Positions 20,729 to 31,811 are shown, counted from the stretch's first letter. The stretch is 64,000 nt of DNA from an uncultured cyanobacterium (GCA_963793265.1 CAWBZI010000001.1:320001-384000), one strand, 5' to 3'. Notes: generated by a model from the letters alone, not told the origin. Translations and numbers: made by a program.

Positions 20729-21361
20729 CTAATTTGACAGGAGACTACCTAAATGCTTCAAAATTTTTAGAGCCTCATATAGGTTGTTTCGAGATTGTGA
20801 TCGCGTTCCAAATAAATCAGAGACGCCATAGCGATCGCCCAAAGTCTTAACAAACAAATAGCTACTACCATTAGCAACCATGCCATAGAACGGTAAATCT
20901 GGTGTTGGAGAAGCCGCCATATAGGCTAGCGTCTGCGGCAGCGCCATCTCTAAATCAAACGTAGTCTTTTTAGACTCAATCACCACAACCCATAGCTGCT
21001 CTAATAGCACCAAGCCATCGATCCGCCCGCGCAAAACTTCGTCATTATCTCCCAAAGCTTCTATTTCAACAGGCGCTTCAGCTCGAAATTTATAGGGCGC
21101 AGTATAAAACCCTGCCAGCTCCAGCAGCGGCGATAGAATGACCAGCTTAATAGTTTCTTCTAGCAGCGCACCATCAGAAATTTGATACAGATAGTTTTTT
21201 CGCACCTCGTCTAGTCGTGAACGCTCTGATGCTTTCAACTCGGGTAACGCTTCGTTCCATTCTAGAAAAAAGTCTGGGTCATCACTCAGCGACAGACCTA
21301 ATTTCTGTTCTACCTGACGAAAGGTTGTAATCTTTTCTGAGATGGCTAGAATCTGCGTCAT
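20729..21361 (-). CDS. PD-(D/E)XK nuclease-fold protein (stand-alone HsdR N-terminal-like)
   Basis: LRGRIDGLVL..WVVVIESKK, ALPQTLAYM, YGMVANG. Confidence 0.75.
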   Translation of the reverse strand: MTQILAISEKITTFRQVEQKLGLSLSDDPDFFLEWNEALPELKASERSRLDEVRKNYLYQISDGALLEETIKLVILSPLLELAGFYTAPYKFRAEAPVEIEALGDNDEVLRGRIDGLVLLEQLWVVVIESKKTTFDLEMALPQTLAYMAASPTPDLPFYGMVANGSSYLFVKTLGDRYGVSDLFGTRSQSRNNLYEALKILKHLGSLLSN

Positions 21362-21398
21362 TCTCGTTACATTCGTAAGTGTGGTAGCTACGTCTATT

Positions 21399-22334
21399 CT
21401 ACGACTGAGACAAAATTTGGTCGTCTAGTGAAAAGTCAACCTCTGTTTTGCTTCGACCATTAGACAAATAATCATTCTCAAACGAATCTTGTAGACCCTT
21501 AACAAGGCTGAATTTAGGTTGCCAGTTTAGTTCGCTTTGGGCTTTGGTGATGTCGGTGAAAAAGTGCTGTACGCGCATGGGAAAAGCTTTCTTTTTGCCG
21601 AAGTCGAACTGGGTGGGGTCGTAGTGAACGATTTTGAGTGCGTTGGGATCTTTGCCGACCGCTACGGCGCAGGCTTTGGCAAGGCCGTCAAAGGTAACGG
21701 CTTTGGGGCCAGAGATGTTATAGATTTGGCCAATGGCTTTAGGATTGTCTAAGACGCTGACCATGGCGGCGGCGAGGTCTTCGCAGTGGCCGAGGTGGGT
21801 GAGGGCCATGCCGCTACCGGGAATAGGGATGGGGCGATCGCGCACTACCCGATCAAAAAACCATTCCTCCAAAGGATTGTAATTCTGAGGCCCATATATA
21901 TAGACGGGGCGAATGGCCGTAAAAGGAACGCCCTGCTCTTTTAGATAGTCTTCGGTATGGAACTTACCTTTATGACGGCTGTTAGGATCTACTAGGTCGC
22001 CTTCGACATGAGGCATCTGATCGCTTTTGGCATAGACGCCTGCGGAGCTGACGTAAACAAAGTGCTGTAGCTTGCCTTTGAATAGCTCGACTAGAGGCTG
22101 AGTGTGAGCGAGTTCGCGGCCGTTGTTGTCAAAGATGGCATCGAAGGATTGATCGGCAAGAGCGGATTTTAGGGCTTCTGGGTTGGTGCGATCGCACACA
22201 ATTGTCTCCAATCCCTCAACGGGCGCAGGATGATTCCCCCGATTCAGCAGCACCACCTCATGCCCTGCGGCGACAAGCTGCTTGGTAAGATACACCCCAA
22301 TAAACCGCGTACCGCCAATGACTAAAACCCGCAT
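21399..22334 (-). CDS. NAD-dependent epimerase/dehydratase, CSP41b-like RNA-binding protein
   Basis: GGTRFIG, YVSSAGVY, DPNSRHKGK, RPVYIYGP, FDFGKKKAFPMRVQHFF. Confidence 0.85.
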   Translation of the reverse strand: MRVLVIGGTRFIGVYLTKQLVAAGHEVVLLNRGNHPAPVEGLETIVCDRTNPEALKSALADQSFDAIFDNNGRELAHTQPLVELFKGKLQHFVYVSSAGVYAKSDQMPHVEGDLVDPNSRHKGKFHTEDYLKEQGVPFTAIRPVYIYGPQNYNPLEEWFFDRVVRDRPIPIPGSGMALTHLGHCEDLAAAMVSVLDNPKAIGQIYNISGPKAVTFDGLAKACAVAVGKDPNALKIVHYDPTQFDFGKKKAFPMRVQHFFTDITKAQSELNWQPKFSLVKGLQDSFENDYLSNGRSKTEVDFSLDDQILSQS

Positions 22335-22734
22335 CGCCTACTTCCTAACGTTCTACACAATCGAGTTTATCTCTATGCCCGGACAATAAATCTGCTTAAT
22401 ACTAATAGCTAAAACAGGCTAAATAGAGCGTTTTGTCAATAGCAATAGCTTTAACTTATGCAAACGATAGGGAGGAGTAATGACTCATGAAAGTTTTGCG
22501 AGTCAGCGACTTTTCTTAAAATAAATTATGTCAATTTGTGTCACATGAAGCCTTTAACCCTTGCGGGATAGAGGTTTTCTGGTACAACTTTAAAGGCAAA
22601 AAGAAAACCGATTGCGGTATGTAGAAACGTTTCATTACCTCAATTCAACGCCGCTGTAAATGTTTCTTTTAGTTAAGAAGTTCATAGTTTTACAAGGCTA
22701 AAAGACATCTAACCGTTTTAGGAGTTCACTGCGC

Positions 22735-25700
22735 ATGTTCACTCAAGTTCGGCCCACTGTCAGACACGTTGTACCCAAAGAATTGGGCGATCGCTATCTG
22801 GTTAAGGTGGTCTACGTCGTACTCGAGCCCCAGTACCAAAGCTCTTTATCAGCAGCGGTACGCTCTATTAACGAAAATAATTCACGAATCGCTGTGGAAA
22901 TCAGCGGCTACCTGATTGAGGAGCTGCGCAGTGAAGAAAATTATGAGGCGTTCAAACGCGATATTGCTGAGGCGAATATCTTTATTGGTTCGCTGATTTT
23001 TGTAGAGGAACTGGCGGAGAAGGTGGCGCTAGCGGTACAGCCTGAGCGCGATCGCTTAGATGCCGCCGTGGTGTTCCCTTCTATGCCGCAGGTAATGCGC
23101 CTGAACAAGCTTGGCAGCTTTAATATGGCGACGCTGGGTCAGTCCAAAAGCGTGATTGGCGACTTTATGAAAAAGCGCCGCAAAAAGCAGGGCAGCGGCT
23201 TTGAAGACGCCATGCTGAAGCTGCTGCGGACGCTGCCGAAAGTGCTGAAGTACTTGCCGGTAGAGAAAGCGCAGGACGCTCGCAGCTTTATGCTGAGCTT
23301 CCAGTACTGGCTCGGCGGCTCGGCGGAGAACCTTGAGAACTTCCTGCTGATGCTCTCTGATAAGTACGTGCTGCCTGAAGATTACGAAGGCTCACCTGAA
23401 TCGGCAGCGCTGAGCTATGAGCAGCCAGTGACTTTCCCAGATATTGGGATCTGGCATCCGCTAGCGCCAGTAATGTTTGAAGATTTGAAGGAATATCTTA
23501 ACTGGTACGATTCGCGGAACGATATTCCTGAGATTGCGCGCAACGAGAATGCACCTTGCGTCGGAATTGTGTTGCAGCGGACGCACTTGGTAACGGGTGA
23601 CGACGCGCACTATGTTTCGATTGTGCAGGAATTGGAGTACAAAGGGGCTCGGGTCATTCCTGTGTTTGCAGGCGGTCTGGACTTTTCTAAGCCGGTAGAT
23701 GCTTACTTCTTCGATCCGCTCAATCCGACTGAGGCAATTGTGGATTCTGTGGTGTCGCTGACAGGCTTTGCGCTCGTCGGTGGCCCCGCGCGGCAGGATC
23801 ATCCCAAGGCGATTGAGGCGCTGCAAAAGCTGAACCGTCCTTATATGGTGTCTTTGCCATTGGTTTTCCAGACCACAGAAGAGTGGGAAGCGAGCGATTT
23901 GGGCCTGCACCCGATTCAGGTGGCGCTGCAAATGGCGATTCCTGAGCTAGACGGTGCAATTGAGCCGATTATTATGTCGGGTCGTGATGGGGCTACAGGT
24001 CGGGCGATTACGCTGCAAGACCGGGTAGAGGCGATTTCGACGCGATCGCTAAAGTGGGCACGTTTGCGCAAGCTGCCTCGCGTGGATAAAAAGCTGGCAA
24101 TCACAGTCTTCAGCTTTCCACCAGACAAAGGAAACGTAGGCACAGCGGCCTATCTCAACGTATTTGGCTCTATCTACCGAGTCATGGAAGAGATGAAGGC
24201 GCAGGGCTACACCGTTGAAGACTTGCCCGAGACATCAGAAGAACTGATGCAGATGGTGATTCATGACGCGCAAGCGCAGTACAACAGCCCGAACCTGAAC
24301 ATTGCACACAAAATGTCAGTGGCCGAGTACGAAGAACTCACACCTTATTCTCACCGTTTAGAAGAGAACTGGGGGCCACCACCAGGACAGCTCAATACAG
24401 ACGGTCAAAATCTGTTGGTATACGGTAAAACGTTCGGCAATGTGTTTATCGGTGTGCAGCCAACCTTTGGCTACGAAGGCGATCCAATGCGATTGCTATT
24501 CTCTCGTTCGGCCAGTCCCCACCACGGCTTTGCCGCTTACTACACTTATTTAGAGAAGATTTGGAAGGCGGACGCGGTACTGCATTTCGGTACGCATGGT
24601 TCTCTTGAATTTATGCCCGGCAAGCAAATGGGAATGAGCGCAAAGTGCTATCCCGACAACCTGATTGGCAATACGCCAAACCTGTATTACTACGCGGCGA
24701 ACAATCCTTCTGAGGCGACGATTGCCAAGCGTCGTGGCTATGCGGAGATTATTAGCTACCTCACCCCGCCAGCGGAAAACGCCGGTTTGTATAAGGGGCT
24801 CAAGGAACTGAGCGAGCTAATTGCGTCTTATCAAACCTTAAAAGAGGGCGGTCGAGGAGTTCCGATTGTGAATGCGGCGATTGAGAAAGCGCGGCAGGTG
24901 AACTTAGATAAGGATATTGAGCTACCGGAGGAGTGTTCGGAGCTGAGTAAGGAGGAGCGCGATACTTTAGTTGGCAAGCTTTATATCAAGCTGATGGAGA
25001 TTGAGTCGCGGCTGCTGCCCTGCGGTTTGCATGTGGTGGGTGAGCCGCCTACGGCTGAAGAGGCGATCGCAACCTTAGTCAACATTGCCAGCCTTGATCG
25101 CATTGAAGAAGGCCAAAAAAGCATCCAGCGCATCATTGCCGAGAGCATAGGCCGCGATATCGATGAGATCTATCGCAACAGCGATGTCGGTAACCTTGAA
25201 GATGTTCAAACGCTGTTCGACATTACTGAAGCGATTCGTGCGGCAGTGCGAGCAATGGTAGAAGAGCAGATTAACGAAGATGGCCGAGTATCAGCAAAGT
25301 CGATTCTCTCTAGCTTCAACTTCGGCGGTGGTAAGGCCGTATGGACAAAAACACTGCACGAGCTGGGCTATGAGAACGTTGAAGACGAGTCACTGGCTTC
25401 TTTGTTTGAATATTTGCAATTTTGCCTAAAGCAAGTTGTTGCAGACAACGAGCTAGCCGGTTTGTTGAGTGCGCTCGATGGTGAATACGTCCTTCCTGGC
25501 CCCGGTGGCGATCCCATCCGCAACCCAGACGTATTGCCCACAGGTAAGAACATCCACGCCCTTGATCCGCAATCGATTCCCACCTCTGCGGCGGTTGATT
25601 CTGCAAAGATTGTTGTTGATCGGCTGATTGCACGTCAAAGAGCCGAGAACGATGGTGCCTACCCTGAGACGATTGCTACCGTGCTGTGGGGCACAGACAA

Positions 25701-26731
25701 CATCAAAACCTATGGTGAGTCCTTAGCTCAGATGATGTGGTTTGTCGGTGTGAAGCCGGTGCCCGATTCGTCTAGGTCGGATGAACAAGCTAGAGCTAAT
25801 TTCGCTTGAAGAACTCGGTCGCCCTCGGATTGACGTGGTGATCAACTGTTCGGGCGTGTTCCGCGATTTGTTTGTGAACCAGATGGCGCTGCTTGACCGG
25901 GCGGTGAAGATGGCGGCTGAGGCTGATGAGCCGGTAGAGATGAACTTTGTTCGTAAACACGCGATGGCGCAAGCCGAAGAGTTTGGTATCACCCTGCGCA
26001 GCGCGGCCACTCGGATTTTCTCTAATGCTTCGGGCTCTTACGCTGCCAACGTAAACCTAGCAGTCGAGAACAGCAGTTGGGAAGAAGAACAGGAATTGCG
26101 CGATATGTATTTAGCGCGAAAGTCTTTCTCCTTTAACTGCGACAATCCCGGCGTGATGGACGAGTCTCGCGGTTTGTTAGAAGCTTCGTTGAAGACGGCT
26201 GATGTCACCTTCCAAAACCTGGATTCCTCTGAGATTTCGCTAACTGATGTCTCTCACTACTTTGATAGTGACCCGACTAAGGTGGTTGCGAGTTTGCGGG
26301 ATGACGGTAAAAAGCCTGCGTCTTTTATTGCAGATACGACAACAGCGAATGCTCAGGTGCGATCGCTCTCCGAAACCGTCCGCCTAGACGCCCGCACCAA
26401 AATGCTCAACCCCAAGTGGTATGAAGGCATGCTCTCGAACGGCTACGAAGGCGTCCGAGAAATCTCTAACCGCCTGGTGAACACTATGGGCTGGTCGGCA
26501 ACGGCTGACGCGGTAGATAACTGGGTGTACGAAGACACTAACGACACCTTCATCAACGATCCTGAAATGTGCAAGCGGCTAATGGACTTGAACCCTAATT
26601 CTTTCCGCCGCATGGTGACAACCTTGCTGGAAGTGAACGGTCGCGGCTACTGGGAAACCAGTGACGAGAACATTGAGAAGCTTCAGGAACTCTACGAAGA
26701 AGTAGAGAACCGGATTGAGGGCGTTGAATAG
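22735..26731 (+). CDS. chlH: Magnesium chelatase subunit H, split by a +1 frameshift near 25771 (ORFs 22735..25809 and 25781..26731)
   Basis: [10 protein letters not shown] start, [40 protein letters not shown]; removing one base restores [12 protein letters not shown]. Confidence 0.95.
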
Positions 26732-26764
26732 ACTGCGGCTATCTTAAGCTGATAAGTAGGATAC

Positions 26765-26794
26765 AAGGGGCAGATGTATATCTGCCCCTTTCTT
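26765..26794 (+). terminator. chlH terminator
   Basis: AAGGGGCAGAT / ATCTGCCCCTT perfect stem followed by T-rich sequence. Confidence 0.75.
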
Positions 26795-26865
26795 GCTGGC
26801 GTTTTTAAAGCATCGGTTGATAGTGCACCCTCACCCCGAATTATTGAATTGTTTTCTATTGACCT

Positions 26866-27339
26866 ATGAGAGAAACTGTATATATCGAAACCAGCGTTTT
26901 AGGATATCTCACGGCTAGATCGACAAGAGATTTAATTATTGCTGCAAATATAGAGTTGACTAAGATCTGGTGGAACACTCGCCGGAAGGATTTTGTCTTG
27001 TATACCTCACAAGCTGTCGCGACAGAAACATCCCAGGGCAATTCCGAAATGGCAGCTCAGCGGCTCAGTATCGCGAAAGAGCTTCCGTTGCTCGATCTCA
27101 ATGAAGACGTTGAAGCATTGGCAACACAGTTCCTATCTCGTAGTAATCTTCCTCCAAAGGCCAATATAGATGCGATTCATATTGCCGCTGCCACGGTTCA
27201 TGGAATGGATTATTTGCTAACGTGGAACTGTAAGCATATTGCAAACGCTCAAATGCAAACTAAACTTGCTGAAATCAGTGTTGAGCTTGGTTTTCAGCTA
27301 CCGCTTATCTGTACACCCTATGAGTTAATAGGAGAATAA
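26866..27339 (+). CDS. PIN domain (VapC-like) protein
   Basis: VYIETSVLGYL, DAIHIAAATVHGMDYLLTWNCKHIAN. Confidence 0.88.
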   Translation: MRETVYIETSVLGYLTARSTRDLIIAANIELTKIWWNTRRKDFVLYTSQAVATETSQGNSEMAAQRLSIAKELPLLDLNEDVEALATQFLSRSNLPPKANIDAIHIAAATVHGMDYLLTWNCKHIANAQMQTKLAEISVELGFQLPLICTPYELIGE

Positions 27340-27342
27340 TCT

Positions 27343-27576
27343 ATGTGGCAGGACAGAATTGTAGAAGCCATTCATGAAGTTCGCGATCGGTACTCCGAAG
27401 ACTTCAATCATGATTTAGAGGCTATTTTTTCCGATCTCCGCAACCAGCAAAACAAAAGCGGTAGCAAAGTCGTGAGTTTATCTCGACCAGAGAATTTGAA
27501 AACGCGCTGGAGTGGACAGACAAGGAATAATGTGAACAGGGCTATGAGTGCCACTAAAACTCAAATGGGCCGCTAG
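27343..27576 (+). CDS. Small partner (putative antitoxin) downstream of the PIN gene
   Basis: MWQDRIVEAIHEVR..FNHDLEAIFSDLR; starts 3 bp after the PIN stop. Confidence 0.7.
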   Translation: MWQDRIVEAIHEVRDRYSEDFNHDLEAIFSDLRNQQNKSGSKVVSLSRPENLKTRWSGQTRNNVNRAMSATKTQMGR

Positions 27577-27658
27577 ACTATCTGAACTTCGGTGGTTGTC
27601 GGCAGGCGTTAGAAGCTTTTGATGTGACAGGCTTATAGCTGTTACTCACGATGTTTCT

Positions 27659-28111
27659 ATGATTATCTTTTCAGTGCTTATTGCTGTCGCTTCTCAACCT
27701 GTCGTTCTAGACATGGCTTCGGTGACGCCTGCCGCTTTTTCACAAAGTAAGGGCAACGTTCAAGCTGCTGTGAATGGCAACCAGCAAGTGCTAAACGCTT
27801 ATCGAAATAGACAGTCAGATGTGATTGTCGAGAACGTTTCAGGTGTGGTGGAAGCCATATTGCCGGATGATTTAGAGGGTTCGCGGCATCAGCGGTTTAT
27901 TATTCGGCTGGCGGGCGGGCAGACGGTGCTGATCGTGCACAATATTGATTTGGCAGCGAGGATTGATAGCTTGAGAGAGGGCGATCGCGTCTCGGTAAAA
28001 GGCGAATACGAATGGAACGATCGCGGCGGACTTATTCACTGGACACATCACGATCCACGCAACATTCACGAAGGTGGCTGGATTGATCACAACAACTTGC
28101 GCTACGAATAG
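27659..28111 (+). CDS. DUF3465 family exported protein (copy 1)
   Basis: LPDDLEGSRHQRFI, HNIDLA, GEYEWNDRGGLIHWTHHDP. Confidence 0.85.
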   Translation: MIIFSVLIAVASQPVVLDMASVTPAAFSQSKGNVQAAVNGNQQVLNAYRNRQSDVIVENVSGVVEAILPDDLEGSRHQRFIIRLAGGQTVLIVHNIDLAARIDSLREGDRVSVKGEYEWNDRGGLIHWTHHDPRNIHEGGWIDHNNLRYE

Positions 28112-28146
28112 CTCGAACGCTAGAACAACAATGAGATAAATAAGCA

Positions 28147-28177
28147 GGGGGCAGACTTTTTAGTCTGCTCTTTTTTT
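28147..28177 (+). terminator. Intrinsic terminator
   Basis: GGGCAGACT / AGTCTGCTC stem followed by a T7 run. Confidence 0.7.
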
Positions 28178-28291
28178 ATGACCTACGCTTCATGCCAAGC
28201 TACCAGTTTATAGGAGCGCTTTAGGACGACTAGCACGGAAGCTGTAAACTGATTTCTATAGCGAGTACAGTGCGGCCCAAAAGGCCAGCGG

Positions 28292-28723
28292 ATGAAATAT
28301 ATGCGTAGACGAGTATTTTTAGGAGGGATTGCGCCGGTATTGGCAGCGCCGTCTTACCTGTATCGGAATAGTCAGGCTGAAGTGATGGCGAGTAAAACGT
28401 TGCAAGATGCGTTCAAAAACCAGCAGTCGGATGTGATGGTCGAAGAGCTGACAGGCACAGTGAGCGCTGTGCTGCCGGATGACATTGAGGGCTCGCGCCA
28501 TCAGCGGTTTGTGATTCGGATTTCGCGCGATCAAACGGTGCTGGTGGTGCACAACATTGATATGGCTCCCAGGATTAACGGGCTGATTAAGGGCGATCGC
28601 GTCTCGGTAAAAGGCGAGTACGAATGGAACGACCGAGGCGGGCTCATTCACTGGACGCACAAAGATCCGAGCAGTAGCCACGAAGACGGCTGGATTGAGT
28701 ACAACCGCGTTCGCTATGAGTAA
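28292..28723 (+). CDS. DUF3465 family exported protein (copy 2)
   Basis: Same motifs as copy 1; N-terminal RRVFL twin-arginine-like signal. Confidence 0.85.
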   Translation: MKYMRRRVFLGGIAPVLAAPSYLYRNSQAEVMASKTLQDAFKNQQSDVMVEELTGTVSAVLPDDIEGSRHQRFVIRISRDQTVLVVHNIDMAPRINGLIKGDRVSVKGEYEWNDRGGLIHWTHKDPSSSHEDGWIEYNRVRYE

Positions 28724-28756
28724 ATCAGCTATTGAAACCAACGGAGCTTGTGCATT

Positions 28757-29767
28757 GTGGACGCTAGCTTAATTCTTTCTAACATTCTCAACCCGCCGGT
28801 TCTCTTCTTTTTCATGGGCCTAGCCGCCGTCTTTACAAAATCAGATCTTGAAATTCCACAGCCGATTCCTAAGCTATTTTCGCTGTACCTACTGCTGGCG
28901 ATTGGCTTTAAAGGAGGGCACGAGCTGCACGAGAGCGGCCTGACAGCGGAGGTAGCAAGTGCGCTGGTCGCAGCAGCGCTGGTGGCGGCGATTGTGCCGG
29001 TTTATTCTTTTTTCATTTTGCGGCTGAAGCTGGATCTTTACAATGCAGCGGCGATCGCGGCCACATACGGTTCTATCAGCGCAGTCACTTTCGTCACCGC
29101 TAGCTCTTTTCTAGAGCGAGTAGGGGTGGGCTATGGCGGGCACATGGTCGCCGCACTGGCGCTGATGGAGTCTCCGGCGATTATCGTGGGCCTATTGCTA
29201 ATACGTGTTTTTGTGGGTCGCGATCAGGAAAGCAAAGCCGCAGAAGAGGGCACAGAGAAAGAACACTTTAACTGGTCGGAAGTGCTGCGTGAGTCTTTTC
29301 TAAACGGGTCTGTGTTTTTGCTAGTCGGTAGCCTGCTGGTGGGCCTAGTAACAAGTCAGCAGGGATGGGACAGCCTGAAGCCGTTTACGAGCGATATGTT
29401 TTATGGCGTGCTGACGTTCTTTTTGTTGGATATGGGCCTGGTGGCCGCTCGCCGTATGAAAGACCTGCGCGAAGGGGGCAGCTTTTTAATTGGGTTCTCG
29501 GTTTTGATGCCAGTGCTGAATGCAGCGTTGGGGATCGGCATCGCTCGGCTCTTGAGTATGAGTGTAGGAGACGCGCTGCTATTTGCGGTGCTGTGTGCAA
29601 GTGCTTCTTATATTGCAGTCCCGGCGGCGATGCGGATGACGGTGCCGGAGGCCAATCCTAGCCTGTATATTTCAATGGCGCTGGCCCTGACCTTTCCCTT
29701 CAATATCATCATCGGCATTCCGATTTACTTTCAGGTGATCCAGTGGGTTTGGCCCGCTGTTGCATAG
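28757..29767 (+). CDS. sbtA: SbtA-family sodium-dependent bicarbonate transporter
   Basis: SDLEIP, YLLLAIGFKGG, AATYGSISAVTF, MESPAI, ASASYIAVPAAMR, TFPFNI; GTG at 28757 is the likely start. Confidence 0.88.
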   Translation: MDASLILSNILNPPVLFFFMGLAAVFTKSDLEIPQPIPKLFSLYLLLAIGFKGGHELHESGLTAEVASALVAAALVAAIVPVYSFFILRLKLDLYNAAAIAATYGSISAVTFVTASSFLERVGVGYGGHMVAALALMESPAIIVGLLLIRVFVGRDQESKAAEEGTEKEHFNWSEVLRESFLNGSVFLLVGSLLVGLVTSQQGWDSLKPFTSDMFYGVLTFFLLDMGLVAARRMKDLREGGSFLIGFSVLMPVLNAALGIGIARLLSMSVGDALLFAVLCASASYIAVPAAMRMTVPEANPSLYISMALALTFPFNIIIGIPIYFQVIQWVWPAVA

Positions 29768-29801
29768 GCTAGCGTTTACTTTCGTTAGAGGCTTTTTTAT
29801 T

Positions 29802-30098
29802 ATGCAGTCTGTTAAGCGTATCGAAATCGTCGTGCCCTCTCAGGAACTACGTCGCGTTTTAGACCGGCTAGATCAGCTAGAGGTCGCAGGCTACTCAGTG
29901 ATTCGAGACGTGGTGGGCAAAGGCCACGGGGGCAGAGTTTCAGATGACTTTGACTTTGCTTCAACGACGCTGAGTAATGTGTATATCCTCTCGTTTTGTG
30001 CGGTAGATAAAGTGGAGGCGGTGGTAGATGGGCTGCGATCGCTACTCAATAAATATGGCGGCATCTGCTATGTATCAGACGCGGTTAAAGCCGTTTAG
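29802..30098 (+). CDS. sbtB: PII-like SbtB protein
   Basis: KRIEIVV, GYSVIRDVVGKG, YGGICYVSD; directly downstream of sbtA. Confidence 0.8.
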   Translation: MQSVKRIEIVVPSQELRRVLDRLDQLEVAGYSVIRDVVGKGHGGRVSDDFDFASTTLSNVYILSFCAVDKVEAVVDGLRSLLNKYGGICYVSDAVKAV

Positions 30099-30250
30099 CC
30101 GTCACTTTGGCAATGTTCCCAAGAATGATACAGTCCTGCGTTTAAACATATCGTCGTATAGCGGGTTTCAATATCTATAGAAGAATAGAGCCATATCAGG
30201 AGCAATCTCGGTATAACTCAAAAGACACCTGTCGTCTTTGATACCCTGTT

Positions 30251-30604
30251 ATGAAGTTACTACACGCCTCGAAGGCATTGAGTACTACTCGATCTCAAGC
30301 ATTGATAAGCTGCATGGCGATGGCAGTGATTGTTTCAGTCCCCGTTTCTACTAAAGCCCAGCCGCTACCGCTTCCAGGGCTCACTGGCAGCGAGTCTTTT
30401 TTGACCCAAGACGTTATCAACGCTGTCACTCAAGGATTTCACTTTGATGATGAGCGTTTCTTCGACGAAGGTCGTCAGCAGTTCGAGCACGATATTGAAG
30501 CGCTACGAGACGATTCGTCGATTGAACCGATACTGACCGTCGAGCCCATTCCTGACTCATGGCAGCAATCTTCTTTTGCCCCCCGCACAGAGCCCTTAGA
30601 ATAG
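30251..30604 (+). CDS. Hypothetical exported protein
   Basis: Signal-peptide-like N-terminus; FFDEGRQQFEHDI. Confidence 0.6.
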   Translation: MKLLHASKALSTTRSQALISCMAMAVIVSVPVSTKAQPLPLPGLTGSESFLTQDVINAVTQGFHFDDERFFDEGRQQFEHDIEALRDDSSIEPILTVEPIPDSWQQSSFAPRTEPLE

Positions 30605-30773
30605 CTGAGAAACGACCGAAAAAAGGCTGAAACTTGAGGGTTCACAGGCACCGTATCATCAGCTACAGGCCCGAGCTGCGCCGATCTGGTACAAAATAGC
30701 GATACGTCATCTTTTAGGAAGGCACCGCTGCTGGTGTGTGCCTGTATGATGATCGCAGCGACCAGGACGGCCT

Positions 30774-31811
30774 ATGTATATTCAGCAATATCAGCAGCGC
30801 GAGCTAACCCGTCAAAGATCTGACTTGGGATCTGATTTGGCACGTAAAGGCGCGAGATCTTTTGCCGCTAAGCCTTTGATTCGTATTTTGGGTAAGCACG
30901 AAGCGCCTGGTGACATGCTGCAACGGCCCAAGGCGATCGCCTTCAAAGGCGAAACCGACGTATATATTGCCAGAGCCGAAATCGAACTGAGAAAAGCCAT
31001 GCAGTCGATGGCCTTTAATAGCGCCATGGGTCATAGCTCTTTGCCAACCCTAACAGCGCTGTCTCTGCCGGGCACCGCCACTACTTTGCTGTGGGTTATT
31101 CACGCGTTTCTAGAAGGCCGCTACCAAAACTCAAACGACGCCCGGCTGATCCATCACCGCAACCGTGATGCCCAAATGCTCTACCGGCAGCTCCTCAAGC
31201 TAAACCTCACGCCCTGGGCCAATCAGCTTGTCGATCAGATGCGATTTGATGAAGTGCCTGATAGCGTCTATATGCCACCAGGGCACCCCATCCCCGGACA
31301 AACCTATCGCTGCCATCCTTTTAAGGGCAGACGAAACTTTTACTACCCGGTCAATCGCTACTTTGCCATGCTGTTTGAAGAGCGAGAGCAGGCTTTAACA
31401 GCGCTATTGAGCGATTTAGGTGCTACTAAAATTGCAATTTCAGCGCCGCCCGAAGAGTCTATTTGTGAGGGGGGCGCTTCAGTATTAGCCAGGCTGCACG
31501 AGCGAGTGTTTGAGTATCCCCATACCGATCGCCCTGTGCCTGAATCTGTTGATGTTCGACGTCACCCGTGGTTAGCTTCAGAGCAAGAATGGCAGTCTGT
31601 TGTAAAAGAGAGAATTCATCGGCACGTGTCGTCAGCACAGTTTGAGATTGATTTGGGAATTGCCGGTATGATTCGGCAGCAAATTCAAACGATTGCTCAG
31701 CTCATTCCTAATTTAAACTCTATGGAATTACCCGCTCAAGAGCAGTCTAAGCTCATGGTTGAGGTGCTTCAGCCGCGCCGGGTGCGGGTAGAGTTTTGTG
31801 AGATTGCGTGA
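30774..31811 (+). CDS. Hypothetical protein
   Basis: 345-aa ORF with PPGHP..YRCHP and LLSDLGATKI motifs. Confidence 0.7.
   Translation: MYIQQYQQRELTRQRSDLGSDLARKGARSFAAKPLIRILGKHEAPGDMLQRPKAIAFKGETDVYIARAEIELRKAMQSMAFNSAMGHSSLPTLTALSLPGTATTLLWVIHAFLEGRYQNSNDARLIHHRNRDAQMLYRQLLKLNLTPWANQLVDQMRFDEVPDSVYMPPGHPIPGQTYRCHPFKGRRNFYYPVNRYFAMLFEEREQALTALLSDLGATKIAISAPPEESICEGGASVLARLHERVFEYPHTDRPVPESVDVRRHPWLASEQEWQSVVKERIHRHVSSAQFEIDLGIAGMIRQQIQTIAQLIPNLNSMELPAQEQSKLMVEVLQPRRVRVEFCEIA

Noticed and set aside
25760..25790. Programmed ribosomal frameshift in chlH
   Set aside because: No slippery sequence or homopolymer; an error or point indel is simpler
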